From the human T2T-CHM13v2.0 reference genome, Homo sapiens, in the NCBI RefSeq assembly GCF_009914755.1, contig NC_060948.1: DNA of 64,000 nucleotides. One strand, 5' to 3'. A model generated the notes under the pieces. The model was not told the DNA's origin. It saw only the letters and a list, made by a program, of their open reading frames with translations, and searched no databases. Positions 12,380 to 28,716 of the stretch are shown here, in pieces. A program made the translations under genes and the position numbers. How positions within the stretch are numbered: position 1 is the first letter of the stretch; the number at the start of each line of letters is the position of its first letter.

Positions 12380-14003
12380 CTTTTATAGGGAGGAGGGGAG
12401 GAGAAGAGAAAGAGAGAGGAAGGGAGAGTGTGAAGGAAGGGAAGAGAGAGTAAGAGATTAAGTCAATATGCAATTGTTAACATTAAGAGAGACTAAAATT
12501 ACTTTTAAAAAATCTATATAGTACAGAATATATTTGAGGTCTGTTTTTCGTTAAAACAAGTGTGCTATGTAGGAGAGGAGACTTCTTATTTTAAAGAGGT
12601 CTAGAATAGCTAAATGATTGTCCCTGGGGTTATAGTCTTAAAGTTGGAGACCTGGAAGCAGAAACCAGGACACATTTATTCTCCAGTGATCAAACAACAT
12701 CCTTCTCCCACCCCAGTGCTGTCAATGAATTCTACCTTATCCTGTCTAACAGTTTACTTGCTGATAAAACTCATCCCATGTTGGGGAGTGAAGTATGTTT
12801 CTTTTACACGGTAAAGAAATATCAACAAGCAGTTGTCTCACAAATGTTCCCTTGTAGATCAGGAGGTGGTCAAGTACTGTAAGTATCTAAGGGATTTCTC
12901 ATAATTGACAGGCAAAGTAAACAACACATCCATACAACAAAAGAAGCCACAAAAGAAACCACAAGGTGGAAATTAATGAATGCCAGAACAAGATGGGTGG
13001 AGAAAGTAGAAACATTATAAATCCAATGGAAAAATGAAAGAGTTTATTTAGGCCAATCTTTTTTATGATTCTCCCAGTGTTTTTATGGCAGAAAAAAATT
13101 TTTAAGTTAAAAATAAAAGGCCACATGAATGATAATCTGAATCAGGACTGTCTATCCTCTCAAAAGTGGAAGCCAAGTGTTTGGCGCCTGCCTTGTGGAA
13201 CTCTGGTTGCACCCGGGGTCCACGTGAAGAAGAGAGACAATCATGAAGAAAATCTCCCTCAGATATTGACCTCATTTAGGACTGGCTATATTATATTATT
13301 TCAAAATTCTCACATTTCATAGGAGGGGTTTATTCACTCTCATCTGCATGTGAATGGTTTTATTCAGGTCCTATACCCTTTTGATCGATACCATCTTAGA
13401 GAGCAGGAAAAGGGCTGAATTCGTAATGCCGGGACTCCTGAGAAGACTAGGGATTGCCACAGTGCAGGATTTCAGGAAGGCAGAGCACAGAATCTTGGTT
13501 TTGTGGGTGAGAGAGGAAGAGAGGAGGTAGGTGTGGAAGCTTGCTGGCTTCTGGTTGTATCAACTGCTCTTTATGCCACCAAAAAGTATATGCAGGCTGC
13601 TTGGCATGCATATGATCTAAGTTCTCTGCCTTTATGCACCTGTGTCCAGACAGAGTGAGAGTGACACCCTGGTGTTTAATACATTTAAATACAAAATACA
13701 TCACTATATATTGGGTGTAGGTGGGATCCTGGACAACCACAAGAAAGCCACATACTTATCAGATGCACCCAAAGGGGTAGGACTTCTGAGAATAGTCAAG
13801 ATGTTTCTAGAAGTGGATTCCTAACACAGAAATCTTACCCTTCAAGTGGTAACAGCAGTAATATGTGGAGGGCAAGAAGATATCTGGAAACTTGAGAGGA
13901 ATTAGGTTTTAGACCAAACGGGCATTTTGGTAATATTTTTATAAGGCTGATTAAGCACTTTCTCTGGAGACCTTTCAAGAGTCCCTTTCAAAAGCTTCCT
14001 CCA

Positions 14004-14775
<772 letters not shown>

Positions 14776-14880
14776 TTAGCTCAAACTGTTTTAAACCTTA
14801 AAGTTTCCCAGCTGGGGGACAAATTCTTATTTCCACGTTTGTAAATTGGACACAACTTATGCAAAGAATGTTTTACTCAC

Positions 14881-14934
14881 AGGCATGGCAAAAGCTGCTC
14901 CCACAAGGCAGGCAAACAAAATCCAGGTCCCCAT
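14881..14934 (-). CDS. AMELY: AMELY exon 2 coding part (signal peptide + MP); exon spans 14881-14946
   Basis: tttcatttcag|AACCATCAAGAA ATG GGG ACC TGG ... ATG CCT|gtgagt, giving MGTWILFACLVGAAFAMP. Confidence 0.98.
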
Positions 14935-16297
14935 TTCTTGATGGTTCTGAAATGAAAATCAGCAAGTGCTTTTCTCATCTCTTCTCAAACATGTGCACCA
15001 TAAAGTGCCTTAAAAAACATAATCTGCATTTGTCTGTGGGTAGCAAGTAGGATATTCTTTGCAAGGTTAATTTTTCTTATTTGATTTCAAGTTCTCAGTC
15101 CATTTTATTGTTTTGGAGTCACAGTAGTTAGCATAAAATCATTTTTCATTTAGGTTGGAAACTGAACAAGTTGAGGAAAATAAATCATGTTGTTATGTAA
15201 TTTGGAATGCCATATTCCTGTCTGTCTGCATGGTCCTGTAAAGCCATATAAGCTAAGTATAATTTTTAATTAATAATCAAAGGAACAAATTTGGCTCTTA
15301 AGGTTCAAGAGCCCGTCAAGGTAGGTATTTACCCATTACTACATAGCATTTTATTATTTTAAAATGAGGAGCTGAGAAATATTTCTTATATTATCCATCT
15401 AGGTATTGATATTGTTAAAAACAAAGACTGATGATTTGAGGGAAAAAAATCTAAGTTATTTGCCAAAACAGATTAAGAAATGACAGGGATTTCTAGCCTT
15501 ATAGAGCTTCAGGCAGGTAAAATGTCTGAGCTCAGGGGGTCTGCATAGCAAAAGATGAGGTTAAACAGAAAGGCAAAGAAAACAATAATCTGTGAATTTA
15601 TTGATTCTTCAGTAAGTTTTGGATTATTTATATCTCAAAGATTCTATTTTATTTCATGGTATCTTCCCTTTGATATATGTTCTAATTTAATTACTCTACA
15701 AATTAGAGATGTGAGATATGAATTAAAACTTGTTCACTTAAACACATGCACAATGCTTCATGGCTCAAATTATTGACTAACTTTAAAAATCTTTAAGTAA
15801 AAAGACATTAATTTTGGTAAAGACAGTGAATATAATATGTAGTAATGCTGATATGAGTACTACATTGATGTTGTATCCTAAATGTGTGTTATTAAACTTG
15901 AAATAATTTTTAAAAAGAGATAAAGTTTTAGATGATGGTTTTAGTATGAAATAAGGTATTATTTGATGTATTTAACAAAAAAAGTGTTAAAAGTAATAAA
16001 GATAGCCTTAAAGTATTATTTCAATTTAGTTTACAAGTGAGTTTGGCTTCCAGGAACTCCTTTTGGTTTCTAAAATTAAAATTTAAATACACATATAGAC
16101 AAATGCTTTGAAGCATTATAAAGTAAAAAAAAAAATTACATAATGAGAGTCAAATTTAATTATAATCCAACAGAAGTAACTGATTCTTAACAGCATAAAG
16201 TATTAGAAACATGGAATTTATTTGCATCTATTAAATATGAATTACAGAAAAGAAGCAGAATAAAAAGGACACAAAATAATATGTAAAATCCACATAC

Positions 16298-16353
16298 CTT
16301 TAAATATATTCAGAGAAACTTTCTTTGTGCTACACAGGGAGGCTTGGTCCTCT
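16298..16353 (-). other. AMELY: AMELY exon 1 (non-coding, ~56 nt)
   Basis: Ends at a strong donor TTTAAAG|gtatgt and starts ~26 nt downstream of a TATAAA box. TSS position is approximate. Confidence 0.82.
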
Positions 16354-16378
16354 AGATTTTCTTTAACTATGAGCTCAA

Positions 16379-16425
16379 TTTATATCCTTCAAGGTATCTA
16401 CAACAACCAATCAGATTTGTGAAGA
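16379..16425 (-). promoter_or_regulatory. AMELY: AMELY proximal promoter: TATA box, reverse CCAAT box, adjacent C/EBP-like site
   Basis: TATAAA on the minus strand at 16379-16384. CCAAT on + at 16407-16411 (about -54 to -58, inverted relative to the gene). TTCACAAATC on the minus strand at 16414-16423. This matches the layout known for the mouse Amelx promoter. Confidence 0.72.
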
Positions 16426-17877
16426 AAAAATGTGTTGAATATGACTAAAAATTCCTGTATCATCATAATTTTTTTGCAACCATGGCTAAATATAAGGTAG
16501 TATATTGTGATTAGTCCATATAGTTCTTCATTATAGTCAATAATATGTTTAACAGGCAAAAGGAACTTCATTGCACTGTTTTTAAGTCAGCAAATTTGTA
16601 GCTTGCACATGCCAAAACATTCAGACTTATGTTTAAGAGGATCTTATGTCATTGCCTGTGATCGATTAAAATTTTAAAATCACTACAACTGTATTTTTTG
16701 CTTTCCTTAAAGGTATGTCCTTTGTTCCCTGTTGCTACTCATTTGTCACCACTCTGGTGTTCAGAAAAGCGCCAAAAGTCTCTCTGGTGTGATCTGCAAC
16801 TATTTATTATCTAAACAAATTCAAGGTTATCATAGTAGCAAAACTTTTATGCATGATCTAAAAGGCAAGACAAGAGGGATTTTACACATTGGTCAGCACA
16901 CATCAAAATATATTTAAATACTTAGGAACACCTATCATAAGGCATATTGCCCTGGCTACTTCATCCTACATAGCGTATCAACCTTTCTAAGTATGATGGC
17001 CTTCTTTGCCCGTGTACTTCTAGCCCATTTCTGCTTTCTTTCATGCATGAAACAGATTTTCTTTTTCTTTAGTGTCTCTTTAGTTGCATTGTTTTCATAT
17101 TTTTAATAAGCTCTACTTTGCCTAAGCAAAAACAAGAAAAGTCTGTCCGTCTCTGAGGACTGTGATCTATTAAACGCATGCTTTTTTATAACACTTTCAT
17201 CTTAGTGAACCACAAACATTTATGATTTTATTTTATATCTGATCAATTAAAAATCTAGCATCGAGAGATAATGAATGATGTCTATCAATATTAAATTAAT
17301 AAAGGAAATAGTAATACCCAGATACAACTAATATTATAGCTGAATCTCTTTGAATACTTAGCTAATATTTATAAACTTTTTGCATATGAATATTATACCA
17401 TATACATGAGCCAAATTTGAAGAATTAAATTCAAGGACAAAATATGTATGAAAATCATGTGTATAATAGTTAATGCTATGATATAAATGCATGTGGGTTC
17501 ACCTTACCCAAGTTTCACCAAGGGACAACCTTCAAGTTATTTAGCCTGTCTGAGCCACAGTTTCTTCATATATAAACTGGGAACAGTAATAAAACCCTTT
17601 TAATAGAATTAGCATGAAAATTAGAGAGAGACATCCTTAGTAAATGGAAAGTTATTACCTGTCCTAATTCACCACATGGCACTTAGAAATTTTTTAAAGA
17701 TGAAAATAAGATTCTAGGATGATGTGGGGATATTAGCAAGAAATGAATAATTTTTATGAAGAAAGGTAAATCTTTCAAGCTAAAAGGAAGAAAGGTAAAC
17801 CTATCACCTTCTACTTCTTGCTATACAGAAAGATGTAGAAGATTATAAAGGGCAACACAGATGAGTTAAAGTGAACG

Positions 17878-17947
17878 TAGAATATAGTTCTAAATGCCAG
17901 CTGTACCCAAGATAGAATATAGTTCTAAATGCCAGCAGTACCCAGGG
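17878..17947. repeat. 35-bp tandem duplication
   Basis: TAGAATATAGTTCTAAATGCCAGC(T/A)GTACCCA occurs twice in tandem. Confidence 0.9.
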
Positions 17948-18644
17948 TGTATTTGTATTTATGAATATATTTATTGGTGAATTGTATATTGAAGGCAAGA
18001 ATACGCTTTGAAGGAAATTGTAACACTAAGTTTTAAGAAAACAGGCTTTAGCGTATTTGTAGAGAAGAGGTGAGAGAGTGAGGGAGTAAAAGGAGAGAGA
18101 AGGGAAGTATAATACATATTCTCCTTCAATTTATTTTATTTTATTTTATTTTTATTTCATTTTATTTATGTTTATTGAAGTTCCTAAAAGGATTAAGAAA
18201 TTTTTCTACAAAATTATGGGTGAGCTCTACTAAAGAAATGATTGAAAACAAAAAGTAGAGGTCTTTGGCTTTAACAATGTATTTTTTTATGTTGTCTCAT
18301 ATTTTTGAATGATAAGAAATTATATATTTGTTCAATGTAAACAACAGAATTCTTGTTTCTGATTCACTGTCGAGAATTATCCAGAGTTTGATGACCAGTA
18401 TCACAAAAACAGTATGATTCTATTTGTTTTTCCCAACTGAATATCCTAATTCATACAGTCTTAACATATGGATAACTCTGCTTGAAATCTCTCCATTTAG
18501 GTCTGCCTTAAACATTTAAAAATTATCAGCTGTTTTGGAAGAGAGGACAAAATTTCAGTAGAAAATTTTTTATATAAACAAAAATTTCATTTATGAATAA
18601 GTTGAATTTTAAAAAGAAAATATGTTATTGTATTGACTACTTCC

Positions 18645-20480
18645 TGAGGAAGAGGATCAAAATAGCTGATTAGATATTGCTAATATGTACAACTTCCATG
18701 GAGAGAAAACCCAATAGCCAGTGATATTCACACTTTAAACACATTGTCTAAGAGAGAATCCTAGGGTTGAACAGACAAGTGATAAGAATAACTGAAAGCA
18801 CATAATAAAAGGGCTTAAGGTAGCTTGCCCAGCCAGAGATTAAGAGAAGCTCCTAAATATGGAAAAAGAGTAAAAGAGAAATCCCCAGGGTTCCACTCTT
18901 CTGCAAGAGTGTTATTGACTATGGGAGATACCCTTGATCCATGTAAGCCTCAGGCCTAACATAGGGAGAGACCTAGACATTGCACAGAGACATTGCTCCA
19001 GAAAGGGAACACATCTAGAATCCCACAGACATGAGCCCAGAGCAGCTACAGCTTGGCACGATTCTAAGAATCTACATGCTGGGATCTACTCCTGCCCAGA
19101 GGCCAGAACTGAAATGGCTGCTGCCACTGGGCCAAAAAGGGAGAGGAGAGAAGGGACACTCCCACAGACCACTAGGACAATCCTTACCCTATTGCTACAG
19201 CATACTGTAGGACCAGGGTGTGATAAGTCAACAGTCCTCACAACTTCTTACTCATGCAACTCGCCAGAGAGAAACCCTGCCCTTTCTACTCATGGGTTCA
19301 TGGCACCATCTTGAGAATTTAAGGTTAGGATGTGCTCCACACTGGGGCTGAGTCCAAACAGACATGGCTGCAGCTACCATGTGACCAAGAAAGGACAGGT
19401 GAGACCAGACTGTTAGACAAACATAAGACAATTCCCACCACTCTGCTGTGGGCTACTGTGAGACTAGGGCATGAAAAGTCTTAACTCCCCACAGCTTCTT
19501 TAGCTTCTTACCCATGCTGTTCCACCTGAGAGGCCCCTCTCCCTGGTGGTAGGCTCACAATGCACCAACCATATCATCCCACACTAGAGCATTCCTCCAG
19601 TAATGCCTGTCTGTCACAGCCAGTGTGCGAAGATACTACCAGGGCCCTAAAGAGAAGCCCCAGACCCAGGGCTCTAATATGTTATCCAGGAGCCCGGAAA
19701 TATCCTGGCCCAGCCCATCACCAATCACATCTGATCACTTCTGCCAGGGTCTGTAGTCAGACGGAGCCAATCTATTGATATTGCCACAGATGACACTCAT
19801 CCATTCATGCCACCAGCAAGCTAGAGAACTATCCTAACCAATACATCACAGCTACCAGCAACACCAACATGGGCTTCTGGTTCCCTATGTGTTCCTCCAC
19901 CACTGGTACTGCTATAACATATATCATACCAGCTGGACGGGGACCTGAGAATCCACCTAGCCACCCAGATCATTGCTCTCACTACCAGTGTCTAAACAAG
20001 CCGTCCAGTGGTCCAAGAATTGACTTTCCAGGACCCAGTAACATTGGTGCCTGTTTAAGCTGCATTGATGGCTATGAACAGGGATGCTTGATGTACCACT
20101 GCTACTGGGGGCATTAACCTACCTGGTATCACAGTCCCCAGAAAAACTTCACCATAACGTCAACTAATAACCATACCTTAAGCCACTGAGCAAATCAGAG
20201 ACACCACTGAACTTGTTTAGTACTGAAGAAATCATACAGAGATTACACAACTGCAGGTACCCAAAATCAAAGCCAAATGTCTCAAACAATTGTGTGTGTG
20301 TGTGTGTGTGTGTGTGTACCTTCAGGAAAAAATTCTCCCCTATCAGAGCAATTTCAAAAACTTGTAAGAAGCATCTGTTATGGCAGATGTGTAGATCCTA
20401 ACATAAGGACACCAAAACAAGAAAAAGTAAGAAAATATGACATCACCAAAGGACCACAATAATTATCCAGCAACAAGTCC
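18645..20480 (+). mobile_element. Old L1 (L1M/L1PB-type) 5' region
   Basis: Degenerate L1 5'UTR-like sequence running into an ORF1-start-like region (AATATGACATCACCAAAGGACCACAATAATTATCCAGCAACA). Subfamily uncertain. Confidence 0.55.
20291..20317. repeat. (TG)13 microsatellite
   Basis: Perfect TG run. Confidence 0.95.
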
Positions 20481-21235
20481 TCTTTTCCCCTTTCAAGGAT
20501 TTCCACAGGGACTTTTTACTGAGGATAAGATTATGACATGGTGTCAGGTTTCCCATGCACAACCTTCATTTTGGGTGAGCATTCCTGCCATCCTTAGCTC
20601 AGGGTGTCCTTCCCAGTACAGCTGTATAACCCTTTGTCTGCCTGTTTATGACCACACAACAATGATACATTACCTTCCCTGAAGCTGATTTCTGGCACCT
20701 AGAGTTAGAATCAATTTACCTTCTTTGTTCGCTGAAACTTTCAGATGGCAGTGCTGGATCTCTAGGGAAGTAACATGACTTCCCAAAAAGAGACGTGGAT
20801 TATCTTGTCCGGGATCCTATCTGGGTTGCCAGTTCTGCTACTGTCAAAGCCTGTCCCCTAAAAAAGATGGGTCTTTCCCTGTTCTTGTCATGAAGCCAAT
20901 ACAAGAAATAAAAAATGAGTGTCAAGTATTTCAGGCTTTATAGCCAGGAAATTGAGAAATGAGAGCATGGTTCACAAATGAAATTCTCTACTAGTGAACA
21001 GAAGGGGGTTAAAATACATTATTTCTCTAATGAAAGGACTGACATTAAAAGTAAGGAGAAGAACATCATGTCTTTTCAGAAAGTGGGCTTTAAACTTCTC
21101 AGAACTGTAGTTTTGCCTCACTTGTGATTGGTTCTAGTCATTGCATGGGTGATTAGTCACCTGTTGTATCGCTGGTAGAAATGTAATTTTGCATTAAAAT
21201 GAGGTTATGATAAGGCTTAATCCAGTCTATCATTT

Positions 21236-22518
<1,283 letters not shown>

Positions 22519-22753
22519 CTAACAATCTAAACTTTATAAATGAAGGACAATTATAGTCTTTTTCAAATAAGCGAATACTGACAGAAATTATTACCACTAG
22601 ATCTGCCTTAGGAGAAGTCTGCAAGGGAGTGTTAAACATGGAAATAAAACTACCACAAAAACACACTTAATCACATTACATTAAAAAGCTGCTATACTAT
22701 CAAGTCTACATAACTACAAGCTAACAAATGACAGGATTAAATCTCACATATCA

Positions 22754-25700
22754 TGCAGTATTTATTTGAGGATTTTCCCATTGATATTCATCAGGGATAT
22801 TGGCCTGAAATTTTCATTTTTTGTTATATTTCTGCCAGGTTTTGGTATCAGGATGATGCTGGCCTCATAAAATGAGTTAGGGAGTATTCCCTCTTTTTCT
22901 ATTAACTTTAATAGTTTCAGAAGGAATGGTACCAGCTCCTCTTTGTATCTCTAATAAAATTAGGCTGTGACTCCGTCTGACCCTGGACTTTTTTTGGTTG
23001 GTAGGCTATTAATTGCTGCCTTAATTTCAGAATTTGTTGTTGGTCTATACAGGGATTCGACTTCTTCCTGGTTTAGTCTTGGGAGGGTGTATGTGTCCAG
23101 GAATTTATCCATTTTTTCTAGACTTTCTAGTTTTTTGCATAGAGGTGTTTATGATATTCTCTTGTGGTAGTTTATATTTCTGTGGGATTGGTGGTAATAT
23201 CCCCTTTATCATTTTTTAATGAATGTGTTTGATTCTTCTCTCTTTTCTTCTTTATTAGTCTGGCTAGTGGTCAATCTATATTGTTGATCATTAAAAAAAG
23301 CAGCTCCTGGATTCATTGATTTTTTTGAAGAGTTTTTTGTGTCTCTATCTCCTTCAGTTCTGCTCTTATCTTAGTTATTTCTTATCTTCTTCTAGCTTTT
23401 GAATTTGTTTGCTGTTGCTTCTTTAGTTCCTTTAATTGTGTTGCTAAGGTGTTGATTTTAGATCTTTCATGATTTTCCCTGTGGGTATTTAGTGCTATAA
23501 ATTTCCCTCTACACACTGCTTTAAATATATCCCAGAGATTCTGGTACATTGTGTCTTTGTTCTCTTTGGTTTCAAAGAACATGTTTATTTCACTGGGATG
23601 CAAGGCTGGTTCAACATATGCAAATCAAAAGATATATTCCATCATGTAAACAGAACCAATGACAAAAACCACATGATTATCTCAACAGATGCAGAAAAGG
23701 CCTTCGACAAAATTCAACAGCCCTTCATGCTAAAAACTCTCCATAAGCTAGGCAATGATGGAACATATCTCAAAATAATAAGAGCTACTTATGACAAAAC
23801 CACAGGCAATATCATACTGAATGGCCAAAAACTGGAAGCATTCCCTTTTAAAACTGGCACAAGACAAGGAAACCCTCTCTCACCACTCCTATTCAACATA
23901 GTATTGGAAGTTCTGGCCAGGGCAATCAGGCAAGATAAATAAATAAGGACTATTGAATTAGGAAAAGAGGAAGATAAATTGTCTCTGTTTGCAGATGACA
24001 TGATTGTATATTTAGAAAACCCCATTGTCTTAGCCCAAAATCTCCTTAAACTGATAAGCAACTTCAGGATACAAAATCATTGTGCAAAAATCACAAGCAT
24101 TCCTATATACCAATAATAGAGAAACAAAGAGCCAAATCATGAGTGAACTACCATTTACAATTGCTACAAAAAGAATAAAATACCTAGGAATACAACTTAC
24201 AAAGGATGAGAAGGACCTCTTCAAGGAGCACTACAACCCACAGCTCAAGAAAATAAAAGAGGACACAAACAAATGGGAAAACATTCCATACTCATAGAGA
24301 GGAAGAATCAGTATCATGAAATTTGCCATACTGCCCAAAGTAATTTATAGATTCAATGCTATCTATCCCCATCAAGCTACCAATGACTTTCTTCACAGAA
24401 TAGGAAAAAAACTAGTTTAAATTTCATATAGAACCAAAAAAGACTGTGCATAGCTAAGACAATCCTAAGCAAAAAGAACAATGTTGGAGGCATCACGCTA
24501 CCTGACTTTCGACTATACTGCAAGGCTATAGTAACAAAAACAGCATGGTATTGGTACCGGTACCAAAACAGATATATAGGCCAATGGAACAGAACAGAGG
24601 CCTCAGAAATACACCACATATCTACAACCATCTGACCTTTGACAAACCTGACAAAAACAAGCAATGGGGGAAAAGATTTCCTATTTAATAAATAGTATTG
24701 GGAAAACTGGGTAGCCATATGCAGAAAGTGGAAACTGGATTCTTTACTTACACCTTACACAAAAATTAACTCAAAATGGATTAAAGACTTAAACATAAGA
24801 CCTAAAACCATAGAAACCCTAGAAGAAAACCTAGGCAATACCATTCAGGACATAGGCAAGGGTAAAGCCTTCACTACTAATGCACTAAAAGCAATGACAA
24901 CAAAAGCCAAAATTGACAAATGGGATGTAATTAAACTAAAGAGTTTCTCCCCAGCAAAAGAAACAGTCGTCTGAGTGAACAGGCAACCTACAGAATGGGA
25001 GAAAATTTTTGCAATTTATCCATTTGACAAAGGGCTAGTATCTAGAATCTACAATCAATTTAAACAAATTTACAAGAAAAAAAAACAACCCCATGAAAAA
25101 GTGGGCAAAGGATATGAACAGACACTTCTCAAAAGGAGACATTTATGCAGCCAACAAACATATGAAAAAAAGCTCATCATCACTGGTCATTAGAGAGATG
25201 CAAATCAAAACCACAATGAGATACCATCTCACGCCAGTTAGAATGGTGATCATTAAAAAGTCAGGAAACAACAGATGCTGAAGAAGATGTGGAGAAATAC
25301 AAAGGTTTTTACACTGTTGGTGGGAATGTAAATTAGTTCATACATTGTGGAAGACTGTGTGGTGATTTCTCAAGGATCTAGAACTAGAAATACCATTTGA
25401 CCCAGCAATCCCACTACTGGGAATACACCCAAAGGATTATAAATCATTCTACTATAAAGACACATGCTCACGTATGTTTATTGAGGCACTGTTCACAATA
25501 GCAAAGACTTGGAACCAACCCAAGTGCCCATCAATGATAGACTAGATAAAAAAAATGTGGCACATATATGCCATGGAATACCATGCAGTTATAGAAAGTG
25601 GTGAGTTCATGTCCTTGGCAGGAACATGATGATGCTGGAAATCATCATTCTCAGCAAACTGACACAAGAATAGAAAACCAAACATTGCATGTTCTCACAC

Positions 25701-25932
25701 ATAAGTGGGATTTGAACAATGAAAACACAGGACACAGGGAGGGGAACATCACACATCGGGGCCTGTTGGGGTGGGGAATAGGGGAGGGATAGTATTAGGA
25801 GAAATATCTAATGTAGGTGATGAGTTGATGAGTGCAAAAAACCATCGTGACACGTGTATACCTGTGTAGCAAATCTGCACATTCTGCACATGTACCCCAG
25901 AACTTAAAGTATAATAATAATAAAAAAGAAAA
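22754..25932 (+). mobile_element. 5'-inverted (twin-primed) L1PA element
   Basis: 22754-23590 is antisense ORF2 ([14 protein letters not shown]...ISLMNI). From 23591 it is sense ORF2 starting at GMQGWFN, through the 3'UTR and an A-tail at ~25910-25932. Confidence 0.88.
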
Positions 25933-26230
25933 GCTGATGAAGTGAGGGAGATTTTTATAAGGAGAAACACTGATGGCTCTTTTAAAGATTTGCTTTTTCT
26001 TGATATAAATTATTCAGTGCATAATGGAGATTCGTTACTGTGAACTATTGCAATAATGATTGAACTCAGCAAATTCATTTACACCATTGTTCAAATAGGA
26101 ACTTAGAGTCAGGCTAATTTACCTTAAGATTTTTCTTCTTCCTCCTCTTTTCTATCCTTGAGTTTCCTCTGGGTAGTTCTTACACTGGGCCACTGTGTAG
26201 CGCTCCTGCTTGTGCAACTTGCCATATAGG

Positions 26231-26368
26231 TAGGGTTGCCAGATTAAATACAGGATGCCCAGTCACAAGTGAATTTCAGATAAACAATGATTTGTTCATT
26301 ATGTGTCAGATATTGCATGAGGATATGCTTATACTAGGAAATTGTTCTTTATCTGAAGTTAACATTAA
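26231..26368. mobile_element. MER53-like palindromic MITE, truncated
   Basis: TAGGGTTGCCAGATTAAATACAGGATGCCCAGT...GAATTTCAGATAAACAA...TTTATCTGAAGTT. The right terminal repeat is missing. Confidence 0.75.
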
Positions 26369-26379
26369 AAAAAACTTTT

Positions 26380-26790
26380 TCAGTGATAGACTGGATTAAG
26401 AAAATGTGGCACATATACACCATGGAATACTATGCAGCCATAAAAAAAGGATGAGTTTCTGTCCATGGATGAAGCTGGAAACCATCGTCTGCAAACTATC
26501 ACAAGATCAGAAAACCAAACACTGCATGTTCTCACTCATAAGTGGGAGGTGAACAATTAGAACACATGGACACAGGGAGGGGAGCATCACACACTGGGGC
26601 CTGTCAGGGGCTGGGGGGCTGGGGGGGGATAATATTAGGAGAAATACCTAATTTAGGTGGCAGGTCGAGGGGTGCAGCAAACCACCATGGCATGTGTATA
26701 CCTATGCAAAAAACCTACACGTTCTGCCCGTGTAATCCAGAGGTATAATATAAATAAATAAAGTAAATAAATAATAAATAAATAGAAATA
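26380..26790 (+). mobile_element. L1PA 3' fragment with A-rich tail
   Basis: Starts GATAGACTGGATTAAGAAAATGTGGCAC, continues through the 3'UTR and a (TAAA)n tail. Confidence 0.88.
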
Positions 26791-27523
26791 AAATCTTACA
26801 TGTCAATATTGACCTTGAATGCAAGTGGGCTAAACATCCCACTTAAAAAGCAGAGTCACAAGTTGGATAAAGAAGCAAGACCCAGCAGTATACTGTTTTC
26901 AAAAGACCCATTTTATTTGCCATGATACTCACAAGCTCAAAATAAAAGGATGGAAAAAGATCCAATAAGCAAGGCAAAATCTAAAAAGAAGAGCAGTTGC
27001 TATTCTTATTTTAGACAAAACAGACTGTAAACTCACAATAATCAAAAAGGACAAATAAAGGCTTTAAAATAATGATAAAGGGTTAAATTCAACAACAAGA
27101 CTTAACAATTCTAAATATATGTGCATCTAAACTCAGGCACCCAGAGTTATAAATCGTCCATCTGACAATGGTCTAATATTTAGAATCTGTAAGGAATTTA
27201 AACTAACCCATAAAAAAACAAGCAACTGTATTAAAAATGGGCAAAAGACATAAACAGAGATTTCTCAAAAGAAGATATATATGAGGTCAACAGGCATATG
27301 AAATAAAAAGTTCAGCATTTACTAACATTGGTGAAATGTGAATGGAAGCAACAGTAAGATAGCATTTCACATCAATCAGAATGTCTATCAGTAAAAAGTA
27401 AAAAAATAACAGACGTTGGCATGGTCACAGAGAAAGGAGAATGCTTACGGACTGCTGTTGGAATATAAGTTAGTTCAGCCACTGCAGAAACCAGTTTGGA
27501 GATTCCTTAAAGAATTTAAAACA

Positions 27524-27854
<331 letters not shown>

Positions 27855-28716
27855 CTACCCAAATGAATATAATTTGTTTTGCCATATAAGTCACATTTGC
27901 ACATATATTTATCACAGTACTGTTCATAATATCAAACACATGAAATCAATGTAGATGCCCACTGATGGCAGATTGGATAAAGAATATGTGATGTATATAT
28001 ACCCATGAAATACTACACAGTCAAAAAAATGAAATTATTCTTTGCAGCAACATAGATGAAGCAGATGGCTCTCATCCTAAGCAAATTAATGCAGAAACAG
28101 AAAACTAAATATCATATGTTCTCACTTATCAGTGGTAGCTAAATATTTAGTACACATGAACTCAAACAGGTGAACAATAGACATTGGGCTTACTTGATGT
28201 TGGAAGGTGGCATGGGAGTGAGAATAAAGAAAACCACCTATCAGGTACTATGCTCATCACCTGGGTGGTGGAATCATTTGTACATGAAACCCCAGGGACT
28301 TGCAGTTCACCTGTATAACAGACCTGCACATCTACTCTCTGAAAATAAAATGAAAGTTGAAGATTAAAAAGAAACAAAATGCATTCAGAGGGGAAAATTG
28401 ATTAATAGTCTGCTTCATAGAATGCCCTGACATTGAACTTACTAGACAAAGACTTAACATTATCTATCTAAAATATAACCAGAGGCCTAAAGAAAATCAT
28501 AAAGAAAAATACTGAATGAAACAAAAACAATGTATTATCAAATACAGAATATCTCAATAAAGGAATGAAAGTTATGAAAACAAACAAAAGTCAAGAGTTG
28601 AAATAAAAATTTCACCAGAATGATTCAACACCTTTTAACAGATCAAAGAAATAACCGATAAACATGAAGGTAGTCTTTGATATTGTTCATTTTGAAGAGC
28701 AGAAGGGAAATAGGAT

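Noticed and set aside
20480-21215. Possible LTR/ERV1-type fragment (similar unassigned pieces at ~30660-30900 and ~39090-39830)
   Set aside because: It looks repeat-derived, but I cannot assign a family or boundaries without a search.
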